Below, piece after piece: positions 1 through 13,662 of a stretch of DNA of 64,000 bases. How positions within the stretch are numbered: position 1 is the first letter of the stretch; the number at the start of each line of letters is the position of its first letter. This DNA is from Octopus sinensis. Lineage: Eukaryota. A program made the position numbers and the translations under genes. The stretch spans positions 96,472,001 to 96,536,000 of the forward strand of contig NC_043000.1 in assembly GCF_006345805.1 (NCBI RefSeq). The letters are read 5' to 3'. The notes below the pieces were generated by a model that saw only the letters and a list, made by a program, of their open reading frames with translations, was not told the origin of the DNA and searched no databases.

Positions 1-560
1 TCTGGTGTCTCCTCTATGATGTTGAAACATGGATTCATACAAAACAAAACAGAAACAACCCCCACCACCATTTCCACATGTCTCACTTAAGGAAGATTCT
101 TGGAAAAATATAGCAGGATTGAATTCTCCCAATGTACAAAGAATCAGGCATGCCAAAACACCTAGATTGTTGGTCAAGATCAAGCAAATTCATATTGTAT
201 TGGACTGGATACGATACTCAAATGTTTGGCTTAAGACTGTCACAAGCAATCTTCTATTCTGAGCTTAAAAACTTCAAGGTTCAGAGGTGATTCACTTTGT
301 AAAAAATTCAAAGATGCATCGGTGCAAACCACAAAGACTATAACATCAACCCAAACTCATAAGAAGATATTATTCGAGACGGGTTCTGCTTGGAAGGAAG
401 TTAGTACCAAGAAGCTTGAATTGCCACGAATCTGTATAGCAGAGTCCAAAAAGAGAAGCTCGCAAATCAAGCCCTTACAATCCTAATGTAAGTGAACATT
501 AGTGTGCAGTCTGTGAAAAACATCTGCAAGAGAAGGCCTTATTGATTATACCAAAATCTA
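1..560 (+). mobile_element. Degenerate RTE-clade LINE 3' fragment
   Basis: Frameshifted LLYDVETW and FHMSHLRKILG motifs of the RTE post-RT region. Confidence 0.7.
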
Positions 561-693
561 TAAACAGGAAATATTTCCCTTTTTATTTACAGTTGCTAAG
601 TCATCGTCAAATGTGACTGTCGACTTGTATGTATATATATATATATATGTATGTTTGTACTTACATATAAGAGAACAAAGTGTACGTACGCTG

Positions 694-735
<42 letters not shown>

Positions 736-935
736 AAATACAAAATGGGACAAGAACGCAAAACATTCGGACAACTAGGTGATACAAAAAGGGACAACAA
801 AACATTCCGATAGACGATACAAAATAAACAAGGACGGGTCATTCGAAGCCTTTTATCTTCAGTCAAGAACCGGATCATCTTCGCAATTTCGGCTGATTAA
901 TCTTGAGATTGCTTCAATCTGGACAGTCCCACACA

Positions 936-1215
936 TGTATGTACGTACGTATGTATGTATGTATGTATGTATGTATGTATGTATGTATGTATGTATGTAT
1001 GTATGTATGTATGTATGTATGTATGTATGTATGTATGCATGTATGTGTGCATTATGTATGTATATGTATTTCTCTCTGTCTGTTTCGCATATATGTGTGT
1101 GTGAGTGTGTGTGTATGTATGTGCATGTATGTATGTACTTATATCATAAGTGCATGTACGTGTTGTGTGTGTGTGTGTATTATATGTGCATGCATGTATA
1201 TATACATGTATATAA
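936..1215. repeat. (GTAT)n / (GT)n compound microsatellite
   Basis: Read directly; explains the spurious MYVC/HTYI ORFs. Confidence 0.95.
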
Positions 1216-1496
1216 TTATGGAAGATGTTAGAAGATTGATTAAAAATATAAAACAATACAATAAATATAGTTTTTGTCGATTCTGATGGATGTCCAGTGA
1301 TTGTGAAGAAATGATAGGCTTGGAAATGTTATGTTGGAAAGAACTGAAAAGTCGGTACCGCAAAAATAGATAGAATTTTCTTTACGTAACAAAAGAAAAA
1401 AAATGCAATGAAACAAAATGAAATAAATAAATAAAGAACAAAAATCAAAGGAGGCGAAATTAATGGAATGAATATAATTTGAGAAAAGTTGTGGTT

Positions 1497-1647
1497 ATGA
1501 TACTGGTGTTGATGACACTGGTGTTGATGACACTGGTGTTGATGACATTGGTGTTGATGACACTGGTGTTGATGACACTGGTGTTGATGACATTGGTGTT
1601 GATGATACTGGTGTTGATGACACTGATTAATGACACTGGTGTTGATG
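1497..1647 (+). repeat. 15-bp minisatellite (ATGACACTGGTGTTG, about 10 units), then (GAT)n/(GGT)n/(TAG)n runs to about 1830
   Basis: Read directly. Confidence 0.95.
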
Positions 1648-1783
1648 ATGATGATGATGATGATGATGATGAGGAGGAGGAGGATCAAAAGCAAACGAGT
1701 GTTGAATAGTAGTAGTAGTGGTACTGGTGATGGTGGTGGTAGTTCTGGTGACGGTGGTGGCTGTGGCGGCAGTGACTGGTTTG

Positions 1784-1827
<44 letters not shown>

Positions 1828-2359
1828 AGTTGTGGTGGATTGAACAGAAATAGTAGTCTCAGCACCGCCACTATACAGCACCACTGGCTGAGGCTTTCTG
1901 CCTGTCTATCTCCAGAGGCAATGCGCCCACACTAACTTAAGAGGGTAGCTGAGAGCATCACACTTCACCTTTCCTGTAAATAAACCAGTTGTAAATAGCA
2001 GTTGTACTTGAAGTCTTTTCTCTTCGCCTGCCGAAAGCCTGAACTACATAAAGAACAAGAAGATGATGGAAGGAGACGATATTCCTCCGATATCGTAAAC
2101 CTTGCCCTCCATTATTAAAAGTGTATCTCCTCTGTAATTAAGAGAGGTTCTTACCACAGAACAAGAGACAGATTCTAATTAAGATTCAAGAAGATTATTT
2201 CGTTTGTCTGTAACTTCAGTCGAATGATGAATTTTTGGAAAGTGTTACTACATATTTTGACTGTCACAAAGTCACCAGATTACGAGAACTCCAATTAGAG
2301 CCTATTTCTGTCCTTTTTTCTTTCTTTTTTTTTCTCGAGATTCGCCTGTTTCTTGAGTA

Positions 2360-2921
2360 TTGGGTTGTCCAGAAAGTTCGTGCCGATTTATAGTAGCTTA
2401 CCTTTCGATTTATTTTAGAACATGGTTGAGTCCATAGAATACAATTTGACTACACCTCCATTTAGAGCACAGTTTAAGCTATCTTTTCGTGGAAGAATGT
2501 TTATGTTCCTATAACCTGTGTTAATTCTGTAACCCTTTAAAATGGAAGATAAGAAAGTTCATTTGCGGCACTTGATTCTTTTGGAACCAGACAAAAATTG
2601 TTGCAGCTCGGCTGGGATGTGTTACCCCACCCTCCATATTCACCAGATATTGCTCCTTCGGATTTCCACTTATTCAGGTCTCTGCAGAATAGTCTTAATG
2701 GTAAAAATTTCAATTCCTTGGATGACGTAAAAAGATACCTTGAAACCACCTCATGAAACCACCTCAATTCTGGGAAGAGGGTATTTTCAAGCTAAAGGAA
2801 AGATGGAGACGCATTGTGCAACAAAATGGTTCATAATTGGTTGATTAAAAATGTAATGGCAAGTATTTATTGACCTGTTTCTTTCCTTTAAAAATCGACA
2901 GAAACTTTCCGGACAACCCAA
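2360..2921 (+). mobile_element. Internally deleted mariner element
   Basis: TIRs TTGGGTTGTCC(A/G)GAAAGTT at both ends with TA TSD. The transposase N-terminus MEDKKVHLRHLILL is fused to the C-terminal WDVLPHPPYSPDIAPSDFHLFRSL motif. Confidence 0.93.
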
Positions 2922-2960
2922 TATAAATGTGAAAACTTATCTATAGAGTTATAGATATAC

Positions 2961-3191
2961 TATTTCTTTACTACCCACAAGGGCTAAACACAGAGGGGAC
3001 AAACAAGGACATACAAACGGATTAAGTCGATTATATCGACCCCAGTGCGTAACTGGTACTTATTTAATCGACCCTGAAAGGATGAAAGGCAAAGTCAACC
3101 TCGGCGGAATTTGAACTCAGAACCTAGCGGCAGACGAAATACCGCTAAGCATTCCGCCCGGCGTGCTAATGTTTCTGCCAGCTCGCCGCCT
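2961..3191 (-). mobile_element. tRNA-derived SINE family A, full copy
   Basis: A-box GGCGAGCTGGCAGAA, B-box GAGTTCAAATTCC, central GCCTTTCATCCTTTC.GGGTCGAT. 17-bp TSD TAGAGTTATAGATATAC (2944-2960, 3192-3208). Confidence 0.92.
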
Positions 3192-3600
3192 TAGAGTTAT
3201 AGATATACGGAAACATTTTACGTGAACAGAATTATCGAAACATGGAATAACCTACATCGTCGGTTGACAGCTGTCAGAACATTGTTTCTTGAAATTCGCC
3301 AACACTACTCCTGACATACCTATGCGTCTTCTCTTCTTTATGGTTCTTTAACTGTTCATTTTTCTGTCTTTTATGCTTTATTCCGTGTATTATACGTGTA
3401 CTTTCTGCTTTCATATGCTGTCTTTAGCTACTTTTAGTTTTACTTCTTTCTGTTCCTTCCTTTAACCCTTTTCCGACCAGTTGCAGTGCGCCTGAGCACG
3501 GTATACTATAAACTCCTAAGTCTGTTATGAAATCTACAACCAACGTATAACTGACCGAAGATTTATAACATTAGCTATAGAAAGTTTCTCTTTCACCGAC
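3192..3600 (+). mobile_element. CR1-type LINE 3' end, interrupted by the SINE at 2961
   Basis: RKHF..RIIETWNNL resembles the CR1 C-terminal RV...WN.LP motif. Confidence 0.5.
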
Positions 3601-4169
3601 CTTCATATGAGGCATTCACGATATTTAAATAAAAATGATTCATATAATATTAGAATTATATTTTGTGTCCGAAAGCAAGAATGTTTGAATTTGGCGAATA
3701 ATCTTAGTTATCAATATAATAACTAATATAATTTCTATGCTACTATCAGGAAGTATAGCTTGAATTAATGCTGTAATATCTGTAATATCCTGTCTGATAG
3801 GAAATTAGTATCTTTCTGACCTTTCGGGACCGCAGCAGTTTTGCATCTTCGATTCTTATTTTTTTTCTCTTTTATTTGTTTCAATCATTGGACTGTGCTC
3901 ATACTAGGGTATCGACTCCTTGTTGTAAATAAGAGAAACACCTGTTACTTACCATTATAACATTATTCAGAGCGGATTACAAAACATATACACCATGTGG
4001 AATCTTGCTTGTTACGATCATGGCTAATATTGAAATGGATAACACTAATACCAATACAAGCAACACTAATGACGGCTACACTTTATACAAAAACAACGTA
4101 TGTATACTCATACAAACACACATATATATAAACATACATACATATGATTATGAGAATTTTATGTCAGTC

Positions 4170-5090
4170 TTAGAAAAATATGGCAGTCGGAACTCTCCTC
4201 TTACAACAAGACAATATCCCACCATGCATTTGCTGTACCAATGCAGATTCTAACATTTAGGATATTTGTCTAGTCTGTAGAGAAAATCCACTCCATAGAT
4301 GTTAAAACCCGCACAACGCTACGTACAGGGAGCGAGTTCCTCAAGAAGCACTCTGTTCCTGATGACCTCCCATACAACTCCAAACAGCTGGACTAACATA
4401 CTTCAAAGAAGAACTGGATGTGAAACGTTCAGCATGCCAAAATAAATAAATAAATAAATGAATAAATAAGACAATGCATGGATATGTTTCTCGAATACTT
4501 GAAAAAAGATAATAGTACCGATATGAAATACAGCCTCTCTTGGACATGTGGCTGTTAAATCGTACTACACTTCGAAGGCTAAACATTTGCAATACAAGAA
4601 CAGAAAATTGCTATGAAATACCTAATAAACAAAAGATACAGTAAAGCTCTTGGAGCTCCAACATACAACCGAAAATGTAGATTATGCCATATTTCTGTGG
4701 AAGGCATTAAATGTATTAAGCCGCTTCCTCAAAATGTCATCAAGTTACCACTTCCCTATGGACACAACGTTGTCGCAGAAACAGTATACAATGCCATTCG
4801 GAAAAAAGACTGTCCAGCAATAAATAAATAAATAATAAATAAATAAATAAAAAGCAGAGAATCCCCCTCATATTGGGTACATACACAAACATCAACACAA
4901 GATATACTGGTGGAACATTCCCATCAAAATATCTGTAAAGTGTAAACATAACGGGCTGGATATTGTTGTTTAGGGCCGACAAGAAAAAGTATGTACCATC
5001 ATAGAGGTCGGCTGTCCTACTGATGTGTATATCTCTTTGAAAATCAAAGAGAAAGAGAATAACTTTGGACAGCTAATTCGTCCTCAGCAA
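4170..5090 (+). mobile_element. R4/Dong-like RLE non-LTR retrotransposon fragment
   Basis: LSSYNKT..HAFAVP, IDVKTR, CRLC..(H)..C zinc knuckle, and the endonuclease region YWWNIPI...HNGLDIVV...IIEVGCP. Confidence 0.85.
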
Positions 5091-6069
5091 AGTATGGTCA
5101 ACAAATTTTCATTAAAGCTAGTGAATGTGTTCTTATTACGGCTATAATTTATTTTTGGTTCATTTGATAAAATATCGTTACCTGCACTTAACTATATGTT
5201 CCTCATGCAGAAGAGGTTATTTGAATATTTGTCAATGTCATCAATATATATAATAACTTGGTCTAATCCACCCTTCTGTTGATTAATAATAGGTGGTAGG
5301 GTTAATTAGTCACCCATTTTAAGACCACAACCACCAAGTACTCCGAGTACGTTCAAGTAAGCCACTCTGTTGCTAGCATGCGGGAAGATTTTCGGTTAAG
5401 GATAACCTCTTCCCAGCTCTCACGAAGCCCTATAAAAGGTCATGGGCATAATCTCTTCCCGAATTAAAAGATAAAAATGATGATAATGATAATAATTTCA
5501 ATTAATTAAAAAATATTATCGGCTCACAACATCAAGCATAGGAACCTGCACTTACCTACATGTTCTTCATGCAGACGGGATCCTTGAGATATTTTCCAAA
5601 GCTCTTTAGTTAATAAAGTAAATTTGGTTTTAATGAATCATTCTTGAAAATGTTGAGTAATAATTTCCGTTTGATCATCTCATGACGTGTGTAATTTCTA
5701 TTGTAAATATTAATCAACTACTTCACTCATTATTGGTCATTTGTTAATCGTTATCAATAGCTGCTGGGTATTCTCTTTCGACCTTTCCATTATTAAAGGA
5801 AAACATTAGTTGATTCAAGGAAGAATTCCTATCATTTACGATGTCTCTGAATTGGAATAAATAATACCTGCTGGTATTATTCGCCAATGTTCTATTAATC
5901 TGTTATTTTTCTTGGATTATTTCCAAGAACGTCTTCTTGGAAATAATGATTAAATGTTTTCCTAGTCGTCGATGATAGCGTAAACATGAACGAGAATAGG
6001 AAAACTTTTCGTTTCGAATATATCGAACTTTTATATATTCAATTGATTAGACAGTATGACCGGTCCATG

Positions 6070-6262
<193 letters not shown>

Positions 6263-6264
6263 AC

Positions 6265-7230
6265 CTTCCACATCAAAGTGCATCCCTTGACCAAGTTTGC
6301 ATACATGAAGCTGATAACATCATGAAATTTGGAAACAGCTCCTTGAGCAGCATTCCTTGTCTGATAACCTTAAATAGATGCCCAAAGAAATCGCACGACT
6401 CAACCGCAACGTATCATCAGATGAAAGGATGAGCGTATATCAACAGACGCCCATGCATAGATATCTTAGCAAAAAACTCTGGGATAGTAACATTGATCAT
6501 CAAAGTAATCTGTCATGGCCAAATAACCGGATTACAAATTCCCACTTTGAAGGGTATGTGTTTGCAATCCAGGAACGGGAAATATCAACCAAATACCTAA
6601 TGCATAGAAGGGACCGAAACGCAGGAAAAGCAGAAAAATGGGATAACCGATGCAGACTTTGTGGAGTTAACTCCGAAGATATCACCCATATCATACGCAG
6701 TTGTCCGAAAATGTCATCACGGTATTATCTACCGATGAGAAACTCTGGCCTGACATAGTAACTTGGGATAGAGAAGAGATACTGAGTACAGTTATGGAAA
6801 TCAGCGGATGTTAACGTAAAGCTAAAGATTAGCGAAAAAGAAAATACCTATGCTGAACTATTGAGAAATCTACTGTTACTCTACCCAGATTACAAGTTCA
6901 GGTTTGTATCTGTAATTACTGGGGTACTGGGATATGTAATACACTGCCTAAGTATCAATCTATAAAAATTAAGCTTCTCAAAACCGGAAAGGAGAATGCT
7001 GATTCGAAGACTACAGATCCAGACCGGAACTGTAAACATTTGTAAAACTCACCATAAAGTTATCATTTAAGTATATATAATCTGCACATGCACTGACTCC
7101 AAACACTGCACATATACATACATACATGCAAAAATACCCTGTTGGTGTTGCTGAAATTCCAATGAAGGATTAAAGACTGACTCTTTCTCTATTGGCAATA
7201 GATCTTGAAACGAAACTGAATAATGACACA
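6265..7230 (+). mobile_element. R4/Dong-like fragment with 3' end
   Basis: FEGYVFAIQEREI, CRLCG..EDITHIIRSCPKM, C-terminal and 3' UTR sequence ending CTGAATAATGAC before a TACA-rich tract. Confidence 0.85.
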
Positions 7231-7309
7231 CATACATCTATATTTATGTATGTATGTCTATCAATTACATAATACATACATATATACATACATACATACA
7301 TACATATAT

Positions 7310-7381
<72 letters not shown>

Positions 7382-7479
7382 CACACACACACATATATAT
7401 ATATGGAGTGAATCTTGCAAGCATGAAGTGGATTCGATCCACCATAGCTAAATTTAAATTAACACTGCAACAGAACTTT

Positions 7480-7950
7480 TCCAACGGTGAAACAATGGTT
7501 TCTCTCTGACAGCAGTTTTACATTTTCCAGATGCCTTTAGCTAGGTCGAAATAATGTCTTCACCACTTGACCATTTCCAACATCTTCTACTTCACCAAAA
7601 GCTAGAATAGAGATAACAAGACCACCAACTAAATCTATTGTTTTCAATGATATATCTATCCTTCTGGATAGTTTTAAAAGCAAGAACACCCTAAGCAAAA
7701 ATCAGTTAGTCACGGTCGGTGACGTCTCAATCAGGTAGTCACTTCAGTGACAACGAAGTCTGTCTGACCAGCTAGAACCTTGGTCAGATAGGAGAAATGA
7801 AGTTTATTGTCAGTAACTGTGAGACAACTTCCCACACGCTACAACTCTCACTAGCTCTAATCCTGTTCTCTTACAACATCATTCTATCTCTCTCTATAAT
7901 CACCACTAAACAATAAAAAGGACACAAGCACAAACTTTACTTCACATGCT
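7480..7950 (+). mobile_element. Degenerate LINE AP-endonuclease fragment (L2/CR1-like)
   Basis: ITRPP...ILLD...VTVGDVSI resembles the APE YRPP and GDFN motifs. Confidence 0.4.
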
Positions 7951-8249
7951 TTTGGATTTATCATAACCTGCTCCTCGATGCAAGGTATTGTAACGTAACG
8001 GTAAATAAATATTTCCTTAAAACTTCATGCATCGTTCATCTTACAACTTGCTGTTATTACAACAAATCATTATCGTTACACACACACACACACACACACC
8101 ACACACACACACACACACATCATCATCATCAGATTGCTGCAACTTTAGTGGAATGAATTGATCCCAGTACTTCTATATTCTAAACCCAGAACTTTTTTAT
8201 TGGTCCCTTTTGCCGAACCGCTAAGTAACGGAGGTGGTGGGATACAAAT

Positions 8250-8308
<59 letters not shown>

Positions 8309-8591
8309 ATATAATTTTATATTTATAGAATTATATAGTTTGTATTAATTTTTACCTTAATTGGATTTTATACGCTAGCTACTAGATAAAATCCTATATA
8401 GATTTTATCCTTAATTCTAACTTATATATACATACATGCACACACACACACACACATACAACGAGCTTCTTTCAGTTTGCGAAAAGCAAATCAAATAAAA
8501 TTTGAGATCTTTTTGCAGAGGGGTAAAAATGGTAACAAAAACAGGACAGTAACGACAGTACAAAATATAAGCAGTAAAAGACAGGACAAGG

Positions 8592-8631
<40 letters not shown>

Positions 8632-10735
8632 GGCGCCCAAGCGCGCGCATACACACACTCATACATACACATACACACGTACAAATATGACTTACGAGTT
8701 TAGCACCAAACTATTTTTTATGTACAAGCAGAAATCAACTGTTATGGAAAATCTGCGAACTATAACACCTTATGATCAAATACAAAGCGATGTGTACGAT
8801 CAAATACACAAGGTGGTGTGTGTATCAAATTTTCAGACCGTGTATAAAGTTCTAATATCTAAACAGTGTGTATATTATATGTAAGCTCATATACGTAGGT
8901 GGCATGTATGTACGGGAAGAGGGAAAAAGAGAATGTCTGTGTTGTATGTTTTCGTAAATATTGCCTTCTATCTTGGACAAAAAACAGATGTTACAGAAGA
9001 ACAAAAAATAGGTTAAAGTGATTATTGTAAAATGAACAGAAGGCAAACATTACAAATAACTTATAAATCAATTGACTGTCATTATCAAACATTATAGTTC
9101 TATGTCTGGCATTTTGGCATCAATGGAAAAAATATATATATCGAAACAATAGCGACAATATACGCGTAATCGTGGAGTTTTTATATATATATATAAAACA
9201 GGCGTTATATGTCTTCTCATCCTCCTACGAAAATAATCAGTTTTGCAGCCTACTTGGCTTCCGAGAAAGAAAATACAGCATCGTTAATAAAATAAAGATA
9301 CAAAAATTTTGTCTTAGGCAAACAATTTAGATGGTTCAGGTAATCTTGCTTCACTGATTTCAAATCTGGATTTAGAATGTTTCGACCATGTTCTGATTTT
9401 GTGAAATTAAATTCTGGTTATTTTGTGCTTACTTTAAAATCTTTAGTGTCGTGATCAGTCATACATTCTTCGTTGGCTGTGCACAATGTGATGTAGGCTC
9501 TGTGTATAAACACTAAAGTTTAATCAAATTTTCATATATTTTATTAACCTCTGTAATTTATATTTACAAACGCACACCCAATAAATTAATGGAACAACGT
9601 TCAACGAATGTAACGATTAGGAATCTTCTGTATATAACTTGCAGGATAATATTATAAAAGAAATGTAAAGAATTTAAATCACTGCATACAGTTAATGTGT
9701 TATTCGACATAACAAATTAAGGTGGTTACCTTTCGTCGAGTACGACATAAATATGTTACCTAAAAATGAAACAGAGGTGGAGAGAACAACACGTTGAGAC
9801 AAGTGACATAGATTCCCCTGGAGACAAGTGGCTCTCTGATTTGCGGTTGAATTTACCGGGTTTTTATAGCTGGTAATCATCCTTCCAGAAACTTCAGCCA
9901 CTCTTTTAGGCGGGAAAAACTCATGCACTTCCTTTATAGTTGTCGTCTCAGTCATAGTAAGTCAGCTAGTATTCATTGGTTGAACCATATTTACGTAGGT
10001 GGTAATATTTTTTTAAGATGACAATTTTCCTTTTATGAAGACGCATTAGTTCGTAGTTCTAGACAGTAAAATTACATTTCTTTGACTCAAATCTCAGCCG
10101 AGGTTTCACCACATATCGATACATAATTTTGCTTCATTTCATAAGACGAAGCAGACATATCTCGAAACATCTTAATTACTTTTCTTCATCTTCTGTAATA
10201 ATCGGAATGACATTAAATGGATGTACCTAAGTAAATCACCTAAATAAATTATTTTGCCTGACAACAACATACACCTGCCCATGCAACAGTGAATGAATAA
10301 CAACTTTATCAAGGATGGAGCTTGACTGCAAATACTATTTTGGTTGTAAGAAAAGAGTCCAAGAGATGGGCTGGAAACCAATTATTTCTTGTACACAATT
10401 CAACCAAGCTGTTACACATTCTTGTACATAGTGTTAACTTGGTTGAATGATAAAAGAAAAGCTATGGTATATGCAGTCCTCATAATAAAATGTAAGCCCA
10501 CAGATCACTATAATAATAACTATTATTTTCGGTTGACCGAAATAGCAGGCCTTTTATAAAAGAAAGAAAGAAATCAAATGTCAACTGGTTAAAATGCTAA
10601 TCAACATTAAAAACAGTGCCATATGAGGAAGTAAACGCATCACTAGTTCTACTCACAAGGATCAGACAACAGTTTTTCGGAAAATTCAAAAAATGTTATG
10701 GAAACAGAAGGAAAGATAGTCCATATGTTCTAGAT

Positions 10736-13662
10736 CAGGGGTGGGCAAACTACGGCCCGCGGGCTGCATGCGGCCCGCCATAGGTTTTCATGCGGCCCGC
10801 CGAGAGCTTTTATGAATCCCAACTTTTATGCAGATACTTCGTAGCTGTTTCAGTTGTACGGTAATTCACAATAGTTTGCATTTTATTTCAGTTCACTGTT
10901 TCGCGCCTTCACAAAATCGTCCGCTGTTTGTTTGTTTCAGCTACTGTGAAGCGATGAAAAATTTCGAGAAATATTCCCATGACATCATAATAAAACACAT
11001 TTCCGGGTGAAGATATCTTTTCTGTGTTTTCTCGTCAGACCCTACAAACTCAAAAATTAATAGAACAATGAAACAAGTATTGTGGCAATACAACGAGTCA
11101 ATCGATATGCTTGAAACATTCAAATAAATAAATCACGTGATAGATGGTGAAGAGGGCATGATGGACGATGTGTTTCATTCCAATGAAGAAGCCGGCCAGG
11201 TTAATAAAAGGGCTTGAACCAGCTTTTTCTGGACACAGAGCTGTGGTTGGTTATCATTCACTCTATCGATTATTTGAATTTAGTACAGACACGAGTGTTT
11301 CAAACTAGCTTTTGTTGTCTGATAAAATTTACCCAAAATGAGTTGTTCGAAGCTACCTAAAAAGCGAAAAATTGAAGAGGAATGTCGTGTTTTTAATGAA
11401 AATTGGACTGAAAAGTATTTCTTTACCGACGTTGGAGTGAAAGCTGCATGTTTGATTTGTTCTGAAACAGTTGCTGTGTTCAAGGAATATAATTTGAAAC
11501 GCCACTTTCAAACGAAGCACGCCAATTTTGGACACAATTTATCAAAACAAGAACTGCAAAAGAAAGCAAATGATCTGACAAAACGTTTGAAGCAACAGCA
11601 AAATGTGTTTGATAAAACTTCCTCTTTACAAAGGAACGCGATAAAGGCAAGTTTTATATTGGTCAACAAAATTGCAAAGCAAAACAAGTCATTCGCAGAA
11701 GCAGAATTTATCAAAGATTGTATGGTTGATGCTGTCAGCGTTGTGTGTCCTGAAGTTAAGTCAAAAGTAGAAGCCATTTCCCTGTCACGAAGAACTATTG
11801 TTCGTCGCATTGATGCAATTGCCGTGAATATTCATGAACAGCTGTTAACAGCCAGTGGTCGATTTCAGTGGTTTTCTATTGCTTTAGATGAGAGTACTGA
11901 TATTCAGGATACTGCTCAGTTACTCATTTACATCAGAGGAATTGACGAAAACTTTGAAATTACAGAGGAATTGTTATCTATGGAGTCTCTCAAAGACACT
12001 ACTACTGGAAAAGATTTGTTCAACAGTGTCATTAACAGTTCAATCAGGTCTGGATTAACCCTAAATAAACTAGCCAGCATTACAACCGATGGAGCTCCTT
12101 CACTCACCGGTAAACATTCCGGCCTTGTGAAGTTGTTGAATGACAAAATCAAAGAAGATTTTCCACTACACAGTGTGTTGTCTTTTCACTGCATCATACA
12201 TCAAGAAAGCCTTTGTAAGTCATCTTTAAAACTCAAACATGTCATCGAACCTGTGGTGCGTGCAGTGAATTTAATAAGATCACGGGGATTGAAACACAGG
12301 CAATTCTGAAGTTTCTTGAGGATGTGGAGGCTGATTTTACTGATGTGCTGTACTACACAAATGTCCGCTGGTTAAGCATTGGAAAAGTTCTTAAGAGAGT
12401 ATGGGACCTCAAAGCAGAGATTCTTATGTTTCTCAAAATGCAAGACATCTCTTGTGACTTTTTAAACGAAATGGAGAGTGACGAATGGGTTTGTGATTTT
12501 GCATTTGCTGTGGACATAATGCAGAAGCTGAATGAACTTAACACAAAACTGCAAGGCAAAGGTATATTTGCTCATGAATTGTACCTGGAAGCGAAAGTTT
12601 TTCAATGGAAGCTTGGACTTTTTGCCAAGCAGCTGAATGAGCAAAAATTTATTCACTTCCCTCTGCTGAAAATACAGTCTGTTTCACAAGAATCATCGGA
12701 CAAGTACAGTTCCCAGTTGATGGCTTTACAAAAGGAATTCATTAGAAGATTTGCTGATTTCAAGGCAGTTGAAGGCCTGTTCGATTTGCTTAACTCACCT
12801 CTTGCCTGTGACATTGAAACAACTACTACCGAGGAACTGCAGATAGAACTGATTCATTTGCAAGCCGACAATTCTTTAAAGATGATGTTTGAAAGTAAAC
12901 CACTGGTCGAGTTTTATGCTTCTCTACATTCAAAAAAGTTTCAAAATCTAAAAAAATTTGCAAGAAAGATGTTTGTGTTGTTTGCATCAACTTACATATA
13001 TGAGTAGACTTTCTCCATCATGAAAATTAACAAGGGGAAGAATCGATCACTTCTCACAGACTCAAATCTTCAGTCAGTGTTAAGAATCAGCACAAGCAAC
13101 TTGACACCTAATTTTGACAAACTGGTAAATGACAGTAGTCAGCTGCATCATTCTCATTGACATTGTTATTTACAGAGCCGCTTTGTTTTTCAAATAAATG
13201 CTTCAGGTGACGTTTCTAATTTCAGATATCAATTCATATTAATAAACTGTTATTCCTCTTTAAAATCTTTTATTTTGGGTATCCTAGAATTTAAGTATAA
13301 TATTCATCATGGTTGTTCATAATATTAAGAGGTGGTTGTCCACAATTAGTGCAGATTTTACTAGGAAAATTCCGTTCCTGGCAATTTGTAAGCAATAACA
13401 GGCTGTCCAAAATAACCGAGGTTCCTGTAATAATTTCAACTATAGGGGCAAATAACCGAAAAACATGAACCCGATACTCTAAAAAATAAATTAAATCACT
13501 TAAACCAGGAATATTTCACAAAATTTCCTTTCAATCAATTGTGTGTTTATAGGTCTATAACTGCCTTTAAAAATATTTTCACTTGATTTTTATAAATGAG
13601 GTCCGCCAAGGTTCCAAAGACGCACTGTGCGGCCCGCGATCAAAAAAGTTCGCCCACCCCTG
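10736..13662 (+). mobile_element. Near full-length hAT DNA transposon (Buster/SPIN/GTF2IRD2-like)
   Basis: TIRs CAGGGGTGGGCAAACT and AGTTCGCCCACCCCTG. Perfect 8-bp TSD TTCTAGAT (10728-10735, 13663-13670). Subterminal GCGGCCCG repeats. Internal transposase. Confidence 0.97.
11338..13160 (+). pseudogene. hAT transposase, disrupted (about 607 codons)
   Basis: BED-like zinc finger (CLIC...RHF..KH), LDES, TDGA, CIIH, RWLS and the C-terminal E are present. Lesions: TGA at 12307-12309, a 1-nt frameshift near 12312-12315, and TAG at 13005-13007. The reading resumes to TGA at 13158-13160. Confidence 0.93.

Noticed and set aside
1497-1647. Regular repeat array that might suggest CRISPR
   Set aside because: Head-to-tail 15-bp units with no spacers, in eukaryotic context with no cas genes.
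558-1935. Many ORFs with YI/MYVC/HT/poly-D/poly-S runs here and throughout the window
   Set aside because: They are translations of microsatellites, with no splice or domain support.
2961-3191. tRNA gene
   Set aside because: Only the A/B boxes are tRNA-like. The body, tail and TSD identify a SINE. No bona fide tRNA gene was seen in the window.
5916-5947. Perfect 14-bp hairpin
   Set aside because: Isolated in AT-rich degenerate sequence, and bacterial terminator logic does not apply.
9770-9885. Short + strand ATG ORF (MKQRWREQ...) ending at a GT
   Set aside because: No recognisable homology and no phase-compatible downstream exon.
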